Positions 39,168 to 48,256 of a stretch of 64,000 nt of DNA are shown here, in pieces (the first letter of the stretch is position 1; each line of letters opens with the position of its first letter). Position numbers and translations under genes: made by a program. The notes under the pieces were generated by a model. That model saw nothing but the letters and a program-made list of their open reading frames with translations, searched no databases and was not told the DNA's origin. This stretch comes from a phage. The DNA lies in sequence record PZ445134.1. The stretch is one strand, 5' to 3'.

Positions 39168-41381
39168 TTATTTGGCTGCTTCCACAGCCTTCATGAATTT
39201 AACGATTTGAGCGACTTGTTCTTTAGAAAGAGTACCACGTCGTCCCATGTATTCTGACACAATATGATAATTGGTTTCGAATTCAATAACCATTTTATCA
39301 TCATTATCGTAAGCATTATCTTTAAGCTTATCGAAAATTTTAGCACACAATTCTAACTTCCTGTTCAGGTCTCTGTTAGTAGCACCTGAGAATCGATTCC
39401 ATCCCCAACGATTATTTACTGATGAGAGTTTTGCAAAATCTTTACTGATTTCTTTGTTCTTAGAGCTAAAATACTTACTAAGGAAGTTAAGCTCTTCATT
39501 ACGAGTAATATGATTCAAATAAGGCTGTGCTCTACGACTTGGTGATACATACTCATCATAATCCACTTTATCAATTAGCGTAATATAGTCATTAATTGAT
39601 TTTTCGAACAAGCATTCTACTTCACCAAGTTTACGAACTTTCTTAGCGATCTGTGGACGGACTACAGTGAACTCTTTAATACCTGACAAATCAGCAATAC
39701 GGGTCAAGAAATTAGAGTCATAGTTCAACCAACCTTTATCTGCGTCAAGACATTCGGCATTAGAACGATTACGAACTATAGCATAACCTTGGATTTCATC
39801 AGCTTCACTCGCTGGAATAAAGAGATCTTCTGATACCCAAACATCGTTTTCATTCTTAAAGAACCGATGAGCACTCGGGGATTTAGGACGAGGCCCATTA
39901 GAACGAGTCTTGACTTCAATCCATGGCTTAACGATTTGTAAAAGCTCTGAAGTCTTGTACATGTTAATGGTGTCGCCATCAAAGATAACTTTAAGGCGTT
40001 CCAGAAGTTTCATTGCATCTTCGTCTGTAGGGTCAACGAATAGTACGCTTTTACCAAAACCGCGTGGAACTTTACCGGTTAATTTAACCTCGTCTTTAGA
40101 CATTTCAATTGAATTAAGAGCTCGCATTAATGGAACACGTCCCTTAACGTCGTCAATAACAATTTCAACGTTTTTAATGTTAATGCCAATCAGACTGTTA
40201 ATTGAAATAGTTGCAGATGAGCTACCACTTTCACGAATACGACGAAGACGAGGGTCTTCAATGATATCGTATACGACGCCGAGATTACACCATTCAGGTC
40301 CCATTTTAAAACGTTTGTACAACTCAGAATAAGTTAGTTGTTCTTTAGAGTATTTCAGTGATTCAATATTAGACCCGGCCTTTTCCATGTATTTACGAGC
40401 TGTATAGCCAAGAGAATCAATTTCACGGAACACATGACGCGGGTATTTACAATCAATCCATTTCTTAGAATCTTCAGCGAACAATTTAGCATCGATTTCT
40501 GCAACGCGTTTATGGATATTTGCTACTGTACGTTTATCAAATGACAATGCTTCACGAGACGGGGCTACATCTAGTTCACCCATAGGGAATTTAATATAAG
40601 CTGTAGTGCATCGCGTCATCATCCATGTTTGTTCTTTAATAACACTTCCAATTGGATATACAATACCACCATAAACAGCCATGATATTACCACGTTCACC
40701 CCATGGAGCTTCCTTGGCTAAATAAACATCATCGAATTCCGGGAAGTATTTAATATCTTTAACACCACGAACTTCTGCAATATCACCTAGAGGACGCATA
40801 ACATATGCAATTTCAGATGCGAACTTTTCAAAATCTTCTGGGTTAACAGGCACAACTACTTCAACGCCGGTCCGGTCATCAGGACCCATCTTATCTACAA
40901 AGGTTGGCTTAATCTGTGGACCTGTGTCATCTTGATAAATTACATAACCACGAACTTCACCGTTGTGATAAGACGTAAGGTTAAACGTATCGGTATATGC
41001 TAGTGGAGCTTTAGAACCGAGACCGAATCCACCAATGAAATCGTTACTCGATGTTTTAGTTGAAGCAAAATATGAGTTATAGATTCCTGGCTCTTCGTCA
41101 TTACCTCGAATGGTGAAATCACTCATACCAGGACCAAAGTCTCGAACTACAAAACGTGGATCTAAACGACCTGGCGCCTGAACAATAAACTTATCAGTGC
41201 AACCATTAAGAATTTGTCCATCGATACAGTTTGTGATTAATTCACGTACACAAGCCAATTCTTTGTTTGTATAAAGGTCGTTAGACAAAATCTTATAAAC
41301 TTTGCTATTGCCTTGAATAGTAAATGCTGTGCTCTTACCGCCTGAACCAATAATCGTTTCTTTAGCCGTTTCAATAATCAT
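39168..41381 (-). CDS. rIIA: rIIA protein (GHKL ATPase-like N-terminus)
   Basis: 737 aa; N-terminal third matches recalled T4 rIIA (LYTNK...VRELITN.ID...FGPGMSDF...FIGGFGLGSK). Confidence 0.93.
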   Translation of the reverse strand: MIIETAKETIIGSGGKSTAFTIQGNSKVYKILSNDLYTNKELACVRELITNCIDGQILNGCTDKFIVQAPGRLDPRFVVRDFGPGMSDFTIRGNDEEPGIYNSYFASTKTSSNDFIGGFGLGSKAPLAYTDTFNLTSYHNGEVRGYVIYQDDTGPQIKPTFVDKMGPDDRTGVEVVVPVNPEDFEKFASEIAYVMRPLGDIAEVRGVKDIKYFPEFDDVYLAKEAPWGERGNIMAVYGGIVYPIGSVIKEQTWMMTRCTTAYIKFPMGELDVAPSREALSFDKRTVANIHKRVAEIDAKLFAEDSKKWIDCKYPRHVFREIDSLGYTARKYMEKAGSNIESLKYSKEQLTYSELYKRFKMGPEWCNLGVVYDIIEDPRLRRIRESGSSSATISINSLIGINIKNVEIVIDDVKGRVPLMRALNSIEMSKDEVKLTGKVPRGFGKSVLFVDPTDEDAMKLLERLKVIFDGDTINMYKTSELLQIVKPWIEVKTRSNGPRPKSPSAHRFFKNENDVWVSEDLFIPASEADEIQGYAIVRNRSNAECLDADKGWLNYDSNFLTRIADLSGIKEFTVVRPQIAKKVRKLGEVECLFEKSINDYITLIDKVDYDEYVSPSRRAQPYLNHITRNEELNFLSKYFSSKNKEISKDFAKLSSVNNRWGWNRFSGATNRDLNRKLELCAKIFDKLKDNAYDNDDKMVIEFETNYHIVSEYMGRRGTLSKEQVAQIVKFMKAVEAAK

Positions 41382-41393
41382 ATTTTTCTCTCA

Positions 41394-41594
41394 TCACAAG
41401 TTACGTTTAAAAATTTCTGCTACTTCAAGAAGTTCTTCTTTAGTAGCTGTATCGGTTTGTATTTTATATCGAATTTCTTTAAAGCGTTCTTTAAAAGACT
41501 CTGCCGACTCGATATCAAAAAATCGTTGGATAAGCCGGAATTCCCGGAGCACCGCTTTATCAAAAAGGTCCAAGTCCACGTTATATGTTCTCAT
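41394..41594 (-). CDS. hypothetical protein, 66 aa (rIIA.1 position)
   Basis: Track ORF. Confidence 0.5.
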   Translation of the reverse strand: MRTYNVDLDLFDKAVLREFRLIQRFFDIESAESFKERFKEIRYKIQTDTATKEELLEVAEIFKRNL

Positions 41595-41686
41595 AATATT
41601 CTCTTCAGTAGATTCCTAGGGCACTATTACTAAAGACCATATAATCTATCATCTTATGTGTAATAGCGCCTCAGGCTATTCAGGAT

Positions 41687-42787
41687 TTACGCTGTGAAGA
41701 TTTTATCCCACATCGCAACAACTGCATCTCGGTTATACTTCTTCCATACTGCTTCAGCACGTTTAACTCGAGCTTCGTATGTGTCAGTGAATTCTAATAC
41801 AGCTTTTGTGTAAAGCGCAACTACTTCTTTCTTAGGAGTAGAGGAATCAATTTCTACACGCACAGTATCTGGGTCGTATTCGAATGTCGCATGAGGATAA
41901 TCCTTAAAAACTAACTGGATTACAGGGACACCTTTAGAAATGGCTTCAATAGAACTATTCTCTACTGTACCTGTGTCAGGACACGTATTAATAAGTGCTT
42001 TAGCTGTTTTAAGACGTTCCATGATTTCACTGTGTGGAGCATCAATAATAACAGGATATTTAGCTGGTGGTGCCCATTTACTAGGACAGTATCCTGCACC
42101 GTTTTCGCCTAGTGCTTTAATCGCTTCAAGAGCAACATCGGCGCGACGCATTTTAGTGTCATAACGTTGTGCACTAATAATCAGATCAGTCGCCGGAAGA
42201 ACTTCAGGTTTCTCATTCAAACAAATAACCGGATAATCTTCGGCTTCAAACAACGGATTTGCTCGCCAATAATCATAATCAATTTTGTCAGTCAGAGCTG
42301 AAGTCATATGGCAATATTTACGTTCAAATTCACGGAAGGCTTTAGTAGGAGCATAACTCTTACCACCATTCTTATGAATTTGAATAGTCTGGTCCCAAAT
42401 TTGAACAATGCCACGAGATACCGGTTCAAATGGTGTTGCCATAAAATTCTTATGAACTTTAGAGAGACCTGCGTCTTTAATTGCCTGAACGGTTAGTTTA
42501 GTCGGTTCCATAGTAACAACAAAATCGTATTCATGGATGCCGGCTAGTTCAACAATCTTACGAGCCATAGTATAACTCATACCTAGACTGAATTTAGTCA
42601 GATGACCAACAGGATGGTGTGTAACTTTCCAGTCACCAAACGTGTCATTATCAAAGCCGATATAATCAATATCAGCACCAATAGAAACTAAATATTTCAA
42701 CACATTTAAATGTACTGCTTCAAGGCCACCTTGTACACGGTCAGGATTAAATGGGACTGCACGAGATGGGATAAACATAACTTTCAT
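41687..42787 (-). CDS. putative glycosyltransferase (GT-B-like), 366 aa
   Basis: N-terminus MKVMFIPSRAVPFNPDRVQGGLEAVHL and C-terminal ENSSIEAISKGVPVI resemble GT4-type donor-binding motifs; sits between rIIA and gene 39. Confidence 0.45.
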   Translation of the reverse strand: MKVMFIPSRAVPFNPDRVQGGLEAVHLNVLKYLVSIGADIDYIGFDNDTFGDWKVTHHPVGHLTKFSLGMSYTMARKIVELAGIHEYDFVVTMEPTKLTVQAIKDAGLSKVHKNFMATPFEPVSRGIVQIWDQTIQIHKNGGKSYAPTKAFREFERKYCHMTSALTDKIDYDYWRANPLFEAEDYPVICLNEKPEVLPATDLIISAQRYDTKMRRADVALEAIKALGENGAGYCPSKWAPPAKYPVIIDAPHSEIMERLKTAKALINTCPDTGTVENSSIEAISKGVPVIQLVFKDYPHATFEYDPDTVRVEIDSSTPKKEVVALYTKAVLEFTDTYEARVKRAEAVWKKYNRDAVVAMWDKIFTA

Positions 42788-42813
42788 AATTAAGCCTTAT
42801 TAAAATTAAAATG

Positions 42814-42831
42814 AAGCTCCCGAAGGAGCTT
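42814..42831 (-). terminator. hairpin after gene 39
   Basis: AAGCTCCCGAAGGAGCTT overlapping the gp39 stop codon. Confidence 0.45.
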
Positions 42832-44647
42832 AGGACATCCATTCTTTACGAAGTTCTGAATCGTCACCCAACAACATTTCAAAGAGTTCTTTCCAATTTT
42901 CAGGAAGTTTAACTACGTCGTACACAGGGTTCTGAATCATTTCACGATATTCTGACTTTTCAAGGGAGCCTAATCCCTTGATGTATCGAATACTATGCTT
43001 AGGAAGTGTATCTTTAGCTTCTTCATACTCAGCTACAGTATAAAACCATTTTTGAGTTTTGCCAATTTGTGCAATAATTACAGGCGTTTTAACAAAGCGA
43101 ATACGTCCTTGTTCAAACAATTCGGGCCAATTACTAAAGAAAGCAAGCAAAGCTGGATAAATACTTCCAAGACCGTCATGATCGGCATCGGTCATAATTG
43201 CAATATTACGATAGTTTGTATTCTCTGCCTTTTCACCAAGAATAAGACCTGTGATAGCACAGATATCAAAGAGCTCTTTATTCTTCATCATATCAGCATA
43301 TGACATACCCCAGCTATTCATCACCTTACCACGTAATGGGAATCCGCCGTGTAGTTCACGGTCACGAACATCAATGAGATAACCAATTGCAGAATCACCT
43401 TCTGTTAAGAACAATGTCGTATCTGCATCTTTACCACATTGGTTAGCTTTAATATGTTTATGAACCTTAGCTTTAGTTGCCTTTTTAGCTGCTTTAGTTT
43501 CTGCAGCCTTTTCTGCTGCCAATTTACGAGCTAATGCTGCTTCAACAATAGGCATAATCAAGGCTTCGTTTTTAAGAAGCGCCTGAGCAATTTTCTTAGC
43601 ATCTAATTGGATATGATTACGAATATCACCATACGTTGACGTTAAACGTTCTTTAGTCTGAGAATCAAAACGCATGTTGCTCATGTCTCTAATAAACATC
43701 AACATTGTGAGACATTCTTTAACACGAGCTTTAGTGACTTCAATACCCTTATATTTCTTTTTAATACCCGGCAAAAGATGTTCGCAGATATCATCCATTA
43801 CACATTCAACATGATGACCACCATTTTTAGTATGGATGTTATTCACATAAGTTAAATGACGAAAGCCATCTGGTGATGTTGTGAATGCTATAGAGACTTT
43901 ATCATTTTCTTGAATGATGTTATCTTCGCCAAATTGTTTAGCAAATCGTTTAAAATTACCATCAACCTTTTTACCATTAAATGTGAACTTGATATCAGGA
44001 TAAACGACTGCCAATGTTTGAAGTCGGTCTAAAGTAATATCTAAATAAATTTGAGATAAATTATGTTCTTCAAATGAAGAGAAATCAGGAGTGAAGATTA
44101 CTTTAGTGCCTTTACCTTTAGATTTCTTAGATGACCATGATTTGTTTTCCATTCCGTTTGAACAGTTAACAGTGATTTCATTTTCGCCATCTGACGTGAT
44201 GCCTGTAAACAACGTAGAGAAGATATTAGTTAAACTACTCCCGACGCCGTTCATACCACCGGTTTTACGTTCAGAGTCATCACCAAAGTTACCACCGGCC
44301 TTTGGAATAGTCCAGGCTGCTACAGGCCCAGGAATTTGTTCACCATTTTGGTCGGTGACCATTGCTTGAGGAATACCACGTCCGTTATCTTCAACAGAAA
44401 CTTGATTATTTTTAATTTGCACATCAATTTTATTTGCAAACTTAAATGATGTACGAATAGCTTCATCAACCGAGTTGTCAATAATCTCATCGATTAATTT
44501 AACCAGACCAGGAACATATTCAACTTGTTGATATTTACCAAACAAAAAACGCTCGTGGGCTTCTTTGGCCGAAGAACCAATATACATGCCACTTCGTTTC
44601 TTAATATGTTCTACATCTGACAATACCTTAATTTCATTTTTAATCAT
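42830..44647 (-). CDS. 39: DNA topoisomerase II large (ATPase) subunit, single 605-aa gp39 with no separate gene 60
   Basis: GyrB-type ATPase and TOPRIM content in one uninterrupted ORF; GAGGAGAC SD. Confidence 0.92.
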   Translation of the reverse strand: MIKNEIKVLSDVEHIKKRSGMYIGSSAKEAHERFLFGKYQQVEYVPGLVKLIDEIIDNSVDEAIRTSFKFANKIDVQIKNNQVSVEDNGRGIPQAMVTDQNGEQIPGPVAAWTIPKAGGNFGDDSERKTGGMNGVGSSLTNIFSTLFTGITSDGENEITVNCSNGMENKSWSSKKSKGKGTKVIFTPDFSSFEEHNLSQIYLDITLDRLQTLAVVYPDIKFTFNGKKVDGNFKRFAKQFGEDNIIQENDKVSIAFTTSPDGFRHLTYVNNIHTKNGGHHVECVMDDICEHLLPGIKKKYKGIEVTKARVKECLTMLMFIRDMSNMRFDSQTKERLTSTYGDIRNHIQLDAKKIAQALLKNEALIMPIVEAALARKLAAEKAAETKAAKKATKAKVHKHIKANQCGKDADTTLFLTEGDSAIGYLIDVRDRELHGGFPLRGKVMNSWGMSYADMMKNKELFDICAITGLILGEKAENTNYRNIAIMTDADHDGLGSIYPALLAFFSNWPELFEQGRIRFVKTPVIIAQIGKTQKWFYTVAEYEEAKDTLPKHSIRYIKGLGSLEKSEYREMIQNPVYDVVKLPENWKELFEMLLGDDSELRKEWMS

Positions 44648-44669
44648 GTTGTCTCCTCGTTATGAAGGT

Positions 44670-44697
44670 ATTCTATCATCCGAAATCTAAAGCAAAA
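44670..44697 (-). promoter_or_regulatory. candidate MotA-dependent middle promoter (gene 39)
   Basis: minus strand MotA-box-like TTTGCTTTA, 13 nt, TAGAAT, about 20 nt upstream of the gp39 SD. Confidence 0.4.
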
Positions 44698-44712
44698 AGG
44701 GCCGAAGCCCTT
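44697..44712 (-). terminator. hairpin after the 148-aa gene
   Basis: AAGGGCCGAAGCCCTT. Confidence 0.45.
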
Positions 44713-45157
44713 ATTTAAATTTAATTTTCTGAAGTGCATCAATTGCAGCCAAACGCCCTTGTTCACTTTTAACTGTAATGACCACATCACCTGATACGAT
44801 CACCGAACCATCAACAAATTCTACAGAGCCTTTTTTGAAATCGACAGATGTATCTGGTTCCGGAACTTCTTCAAAGAATTTAAATTCTGCACCATAAATC
44901 AGAATATCACCTTGCATACTATGAATAGTTCGGCCATAATCGCCTACGGCTTCTACAGCAATCACTGAAACACCATGACCAATCATCTCTTCCACAATAA
45001 AATCTTTGGACAATAAAGTAGTATGCAGATTAGTATTAAGACGTTTACCAGTCGTATTAAGAATTCTCAAGAAATTATCTTCCTGTCCTTTGATAATACG
45101 ATATTTCTTACCAACTTCAAAACCTTTAAAATCTTTAAAAGCCGTATTAAAAGCCAT
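44711..45157 (-). CDS. hypothetical protein, 148 aa
   Basis: Track ORF; hairpin directly after its stop. Confidence 0.55.
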   Translation of the reverse strand: MAFNTAFKDFKGFEVGKKYRIIKGQEDNFLRILNTTGKRLNTNLHTTLLSKDFIVEEMIGHGVSVIAVEAVGDYGRTIHSMQGDILIYGAEFKFFEEVPEPDTSVDFKKGSVEFVDGSVIVSGDVVITVKSEQGRLAAIDALQKIKFK

Positions 45158-45159
45158 AA

Positions 45160-45339
45160 TTAACCCTTCTTAAGTAAGTCGTAAAAACCACCATTCACAT
45201 GTTTAGGAGCAGAAACCCGACGAGTAGACAGACGATGACATTCAGGGCAAACATCGTTTTCTCGTTCAGAAATCCTTTTAATTTTTTCATATTCATGACC
45301 ACAATCTTCAGATTGGCATTTATAGTCGTATAACGGCAT
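45160..45339 (-). CDS. FmdB-family zinc-ribbon protein, 59 aa
   Basis: Manual translation MPLYDYKCQSEDCGHEYEKIKRISERENDVCPECHRLSTRRVSAPKHVNGGFYDLLKKG; two CxxC pairs. Confidence 0.55.
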   Translation of the reverse strand: MPLYDYKCQSEDCGHEYEKIKRISERENDVCPECHRLSTRRVSAPKHVNGGFYDLLKKG

Positions 45340-45341
45340 TA

Positions 45342-45752
45342 TTATTCCTTAAAGTGAGCTTTCAACATTTGATACAAAGACCATGCCTGGTCGTTATTTT
45401 TGATAGTAATCGTCATCGCAGGAAATTCAGACAATTCGTCAAGTTCATCAGAATCTTGCTCTTCAGACGCTTGATATGGATTTTCAACTTCGTCAAAGAA
45501 CTCTGCTTCATTCGTGGAGAGCCAGATAAAGTTTTCATCAAGGATATCACCGCCTGTCGCGTATCCAACCGTGCCAGTAGATGTCACAATTTTAGTAGGA
45601 CGGCCAAGATGGTCAACATCTAATACTTTAAATGGTTCCATGCCAAGACGTCGTGCATAAATCCCATTATCAGTGTGGTCTTTAATAAACTCTTCTCGGG
45701 CACGTTTATCTATAAATTGGTACCATGAGTTAACGCGGAATTTATTAGCCAT
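45342..45752 (-). CDS. hypothetical acidic protein, 136 aa (goF position)
   Basis: Track ORF trimmed to ATG 45752 (MANKF...), overlapping the upstream stop (TAATG). Confidence 0.5.
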   Translation of the reverse strand: MANKFRVNSWYQFIDKRAREEFIKDHTDNGIYARRLGMEPFKVLDVDHLGRPTKIVTSTGTVGYATGGDILDENFIWLSTNEAEFFDEVENPYQASEEQDSDELDELSEFPAMTITIKNNDQAWSLYQMLKAHFKE

Positions 45753-45979
45753 TAGTAAGTTTCCTTCCAATAAGTTGTACCGTTTTCAGTGATTTCACGG
45801 AAGATACCATAGATAGGCATTTCATCACCGAGTTTTTCGTAAACGTAAACCACTTCGGTGTAGCATAAAAATTCGGTCCAGTTTTTCTGTACAACAACTA
45901 AATCAGGATTAAACAGAACATCTTCAAACTCATCGATGTTTGAATCGGTAGTTACGTTTTTAATGATTTGACGTTTCAT
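45752..45979 (-). CDS. hypothetical protein, 75 aa (cef position)
   Basis: Track ORF trimmed to ATG 45979 with GAGGAG SD; longer track start lies inside promoter 46008-46036. Confidence 0.5.
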   Translation of the reverse strand: MKRQIIKNVTTDSNIDEFEDVLFNPDLVVVQKNWTEFLCYTEVVYVYEKLGDEMPIYGIFREITENGTTYWKETY

Positions 45980-46007
45980 AATATTCTCCTCTTGTTTTGA
46001 TAGGTCT

Positions 46008-46036
46008 ATAGTATCATAGACCATAGTTGTTGTACA
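46008..46036 (-). promoter_or_regulatory. T4-type early promoter
   Basis: minus strand TGTACA, 17 nt, TACTAT within palindrome GGTCTATAGTATCATAGACC. Confidence 0.45.
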
Positions 46037-46561
46037 TCATTTTAGCAAAATAAAATCAACTTGTTCTGCCAATGAACGTCTAAACATTAATTGACAACTT
46101 CCGAGGATGAAATCAGGTGCTTCATAGACCGCGATGTAGTATCCTTTAGCTTTCAAGAGTTCAACATCCACCTGGTCATCAAACCATGCATAAACCGCAT
46201 CAACACTTTCAAATCCAAAATAGAACCCTTTAGCCCAATCTTCACTCAATTCAAATGTGTGCTCAATTCTATAGTATCTTAAGATATTTTGTTCAAGGAG
46301 TTTGTCTTCGTTTACTGTAGGACGATTAGGGACATTATAGTTGTCGCCGTGATGGTAGAAGTTACCTGAGAGTATTCCATGCTTATCAAGGAACTCCCAT
46401 GTTTCTTCAGAGTTGTCGGTGCCCGACCAACCGTATGGCGAGCGAGGTTCTTTATTCCAAGAGGTTTCCCAAATTCTGACGGCTTTACCGTCTTCGATAG
46501 CAATTCCTGGCAATGATTCACATTGAGTACAAAAACTACGTTCTACGCGGTAAACTAACAT
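46037..46561 (-). CDS. hypothetical protein, 174 aa
   Basis: Track ORF; GAGGAGAATAAT SD; promoter 46588-46616. Confidence 0.55.
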   Translation of the reverse strand: MLVYRVERSFCTQCESLPGIAIEDGKAVRIWETSWNKEPRSPYGWSGTDNSEETWEFLDKHGILSGNFYHHGDNYNVPNRPTVNEDKLLEQNILRYYRIEHTFELSEDWAKGFYFGFESVDAVYAWFDDQVDVELLKAKGYYIAVYEAPDFILGSCQLMFRRSLAEQVDFILLK

Positions 46562-46587
46562 ATTATTCTCCTCTGGTTGATGTGGTT

Positions 46588-46616
46588 ATAATATCAAAAC
46601 CAGAGGAGAAGTAAAC
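46588..46616 (-). promoter_or_regulatory. T4-type early promoter
   Basis: minus strand GTTTAC, 17 nt, TATTAT, flanked by 11-bp inverted repeat CTCCTCTGGTT/AACCAGAGGAG. Confidence 0.55.
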
Positions 46617-46620
46617 AACT

Positions 46621-47040
46621 TTATGCAAAAGACGCTGGACAATATTTTTTGATTTGGAACTCAGGAACTACCATGAACTGACCAGCGAAAACGATGTTAT
46701 AAAGCTTAACACCATCTTCTACCCAACGGTCGCTAATAAATCCGGCGATTTGCTTAGTTTTCCATGGAGACCCATCAGTTGCAGCAGCAATAGTAAATTC
46801 ATGGTCTTTTACAACTAAAACTGATCTGCATAGTCCCCATTTGAACGCTTTTTCTTCTGGTTCAATGAATTGGCTTTTAACATAACCAATATTACCATCG
46901 GCGTCACGAACTTTAACTTCGTTACGTCCAAAAACCGGATCACTCACAGAAAGAACTTCAACCAACTTCCCGGCAACTTTAGAGCGAGAAGCAACAGATA
47001 CATATACGTAATCACCTGTAGAGAGATTTACAATATTCAT
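46621..47040 (-). CDS. hypothetical protein, 139 aa, paralogue of adjacent 151-aa ORF
   Basis: Shares SRSK.AG.LVEV, FKW.LC, GFISD.WVEDG.KLYNIVF.G.F.VV blocks with 47050-47505. Confidence 0.55.
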   Translation of the reverse strand: MNIVNLSTGDYVYVSVASRSKVAGKLVEVLSVSDPVFGRNEVKVRDADGNIGYVKSQFIEPEEKAFKWGLCRSVLVVKDHEFTIAAATDGSPWKTKQIAGFISDRWVEDGVKLYNIVFAGQFMVVPEFQIKKYCPASFA

Positions 47041-47049
47041 AATAATTCC

Positions 47050-47505
47050 TTAAGCTTTACGAGGAGACACATAGCGAGTGATTTCAGATTCTTTAACAAC
47101 TCGGAAGTCACCTAAGAATACGATATTGTATAACTTTTCACCATCTTCAACCCATTGGTCACTAATGAAGCCACACATAGTATCAGTTTTGCTTGGATAA
47201 CCATATTCGTCGATGAAGTCAAATTCTTTATCAGTCTGGAATTCAACACCTTTACACAAGGCCCATTTGAACTGTACATTAGGCTCATTGGAAGCAGAAT
47301 GAGCGCTCACAGGATTTTCCAAGAATTTAGGACTTACATAAGCGAACTGAACATCTTTTTGCCCAAAGTTATAAATGATTCGAACTTTAACTTCTTTAAT
47401 GCGTCCCATGCCATTTGTGCGAAGTCCCACCACTTCAACCAATCGTCCTGCAGCTTTAGAACGAGATACAGGCGATACATACTTAATTTCACCAATAGTA
47501 ATCAT
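47050..47505 (-). CDS. hypothetical protein, 151 aa, paralogue of adjacent 139-aa ORF
   Basis: See 46621-47040; promoter 47535-47564. Confidence 0.55.
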   Translation of the reverse strand: MITIGEIKYVSPVSRSKAAGRLVEVVGLRTNGMGRIKEVKVRIIYNFGQKDVQFAYVSPKFLENPVSAHSASNEPNVQFKWALCKGVEFQTDKEFDFIDEYGYPSKTDTMCGFISDQWVEDGEKLYNIVFLGDFRVVKESEITRYVSPRKA

Positions 47506-47534
47506 AATTTCTCTCTCTTTGTTAAATTGAATTT

Positions 47535-47564
47535 ATTATACTCCAACCATCCTTGGTTGTAAAC
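47535..47564 (-). promoter_or_regulatory. T4-type early promoter
   Basis: minus strand GTTTAC, 18 nt, TATAAT. Confidence 0.6.
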
Positions 47565-47569
47565 TGATT

Positions 47570-48247
47570 TTATCGCTGTTTTACACTTAACGGGTCAGGA
47601 TTCTCAGGGACATCTTCAAGGCCAAGCGCATAACGCTGAGCATATTTTAACATCAAAATATCTTTAGCACAATCATGAATACTATCATGGGCAATGAATC
47701 CTTTTAACGTACCTATCGGTAATGGACACATACTTAATCCTCGTGTCAACGAGTAAGCTTCGATTGCCGTACGAATATCGCGTTGAGCCCAGAATTTAAC
47801 CGGTTCTAATTTATCAGTATCAATCTCTGGTTCAGGAACACCTTCATCACGATAGAGATCACGAATCAAATCGACCAAGATCGGGAAGTCAAAGCTCATA
47901 CCACGACACCACATCTGTGATTTCCATTGGTCAACTTTATTAGCTCGGCAATAATCTAAAAAGATTTTAATGCCTTCAAGCGTAGTGACATCGTCTTCAG
48001 ACGGAGCCAAGTTTTTACGTGCTTCAGCCGATTGTTCTTTCCACCATTTCATAGTGGATTTAGCGAAAACTCGCTTCCCTTTCTGAGAAGCTAAATTAAA
48101 TTTAATTCGCTTACCTCGTTGAACAAGTTCTTCAAATGATTCAACAACTTCAGGGTCGGAATTATATGCAATAACCGCAAGGTCAATAACAGCCGCTTTT
48201 GATGTATTGCCGAATGTTTCAAAATCTATAATAACATCAGTGCTCAT
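47570..48247 (-). CDS. dexA: exonuclease A (DnaQ-like 3'-5' exonuclease)
   Basis: 225 aa; N-terminal IIDFETFG exonuclease motif; map position next to dda. Confidence 0.88.
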   Translation of the reverse strand: MSTDVIIDFETFGNTSKAAVIDLAVIAYNSDPEVVESFEELVQRGKRIKFNLASQKGKRVFAKSTMKWWKEQSAEARKNLAPSEDDVTTLEGIKIFLDYCRANKVDQWKSQMWCRGMSFDFPILVDLIRDLYRDEGVPEPEIDTDKLEPVKFWAQRDIRTAIEAYSLTRGLSMCPLPIGTLKGFIAHDSIHDCAKDILMLKYAQRYALGLEDVPENPDPLSVKQR

Positions 48248-48256
48248 AATTTTCTC

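Noticed and set aside
41687-42787. Calling the 366-aa ORF T4 alpha- or beta-glucosyltransferase outright
   Set aside because: No convincing similarity to my recollection of either T4 enzyme, and the location differs from both T4 loci; only a generic GT-like call is justified.
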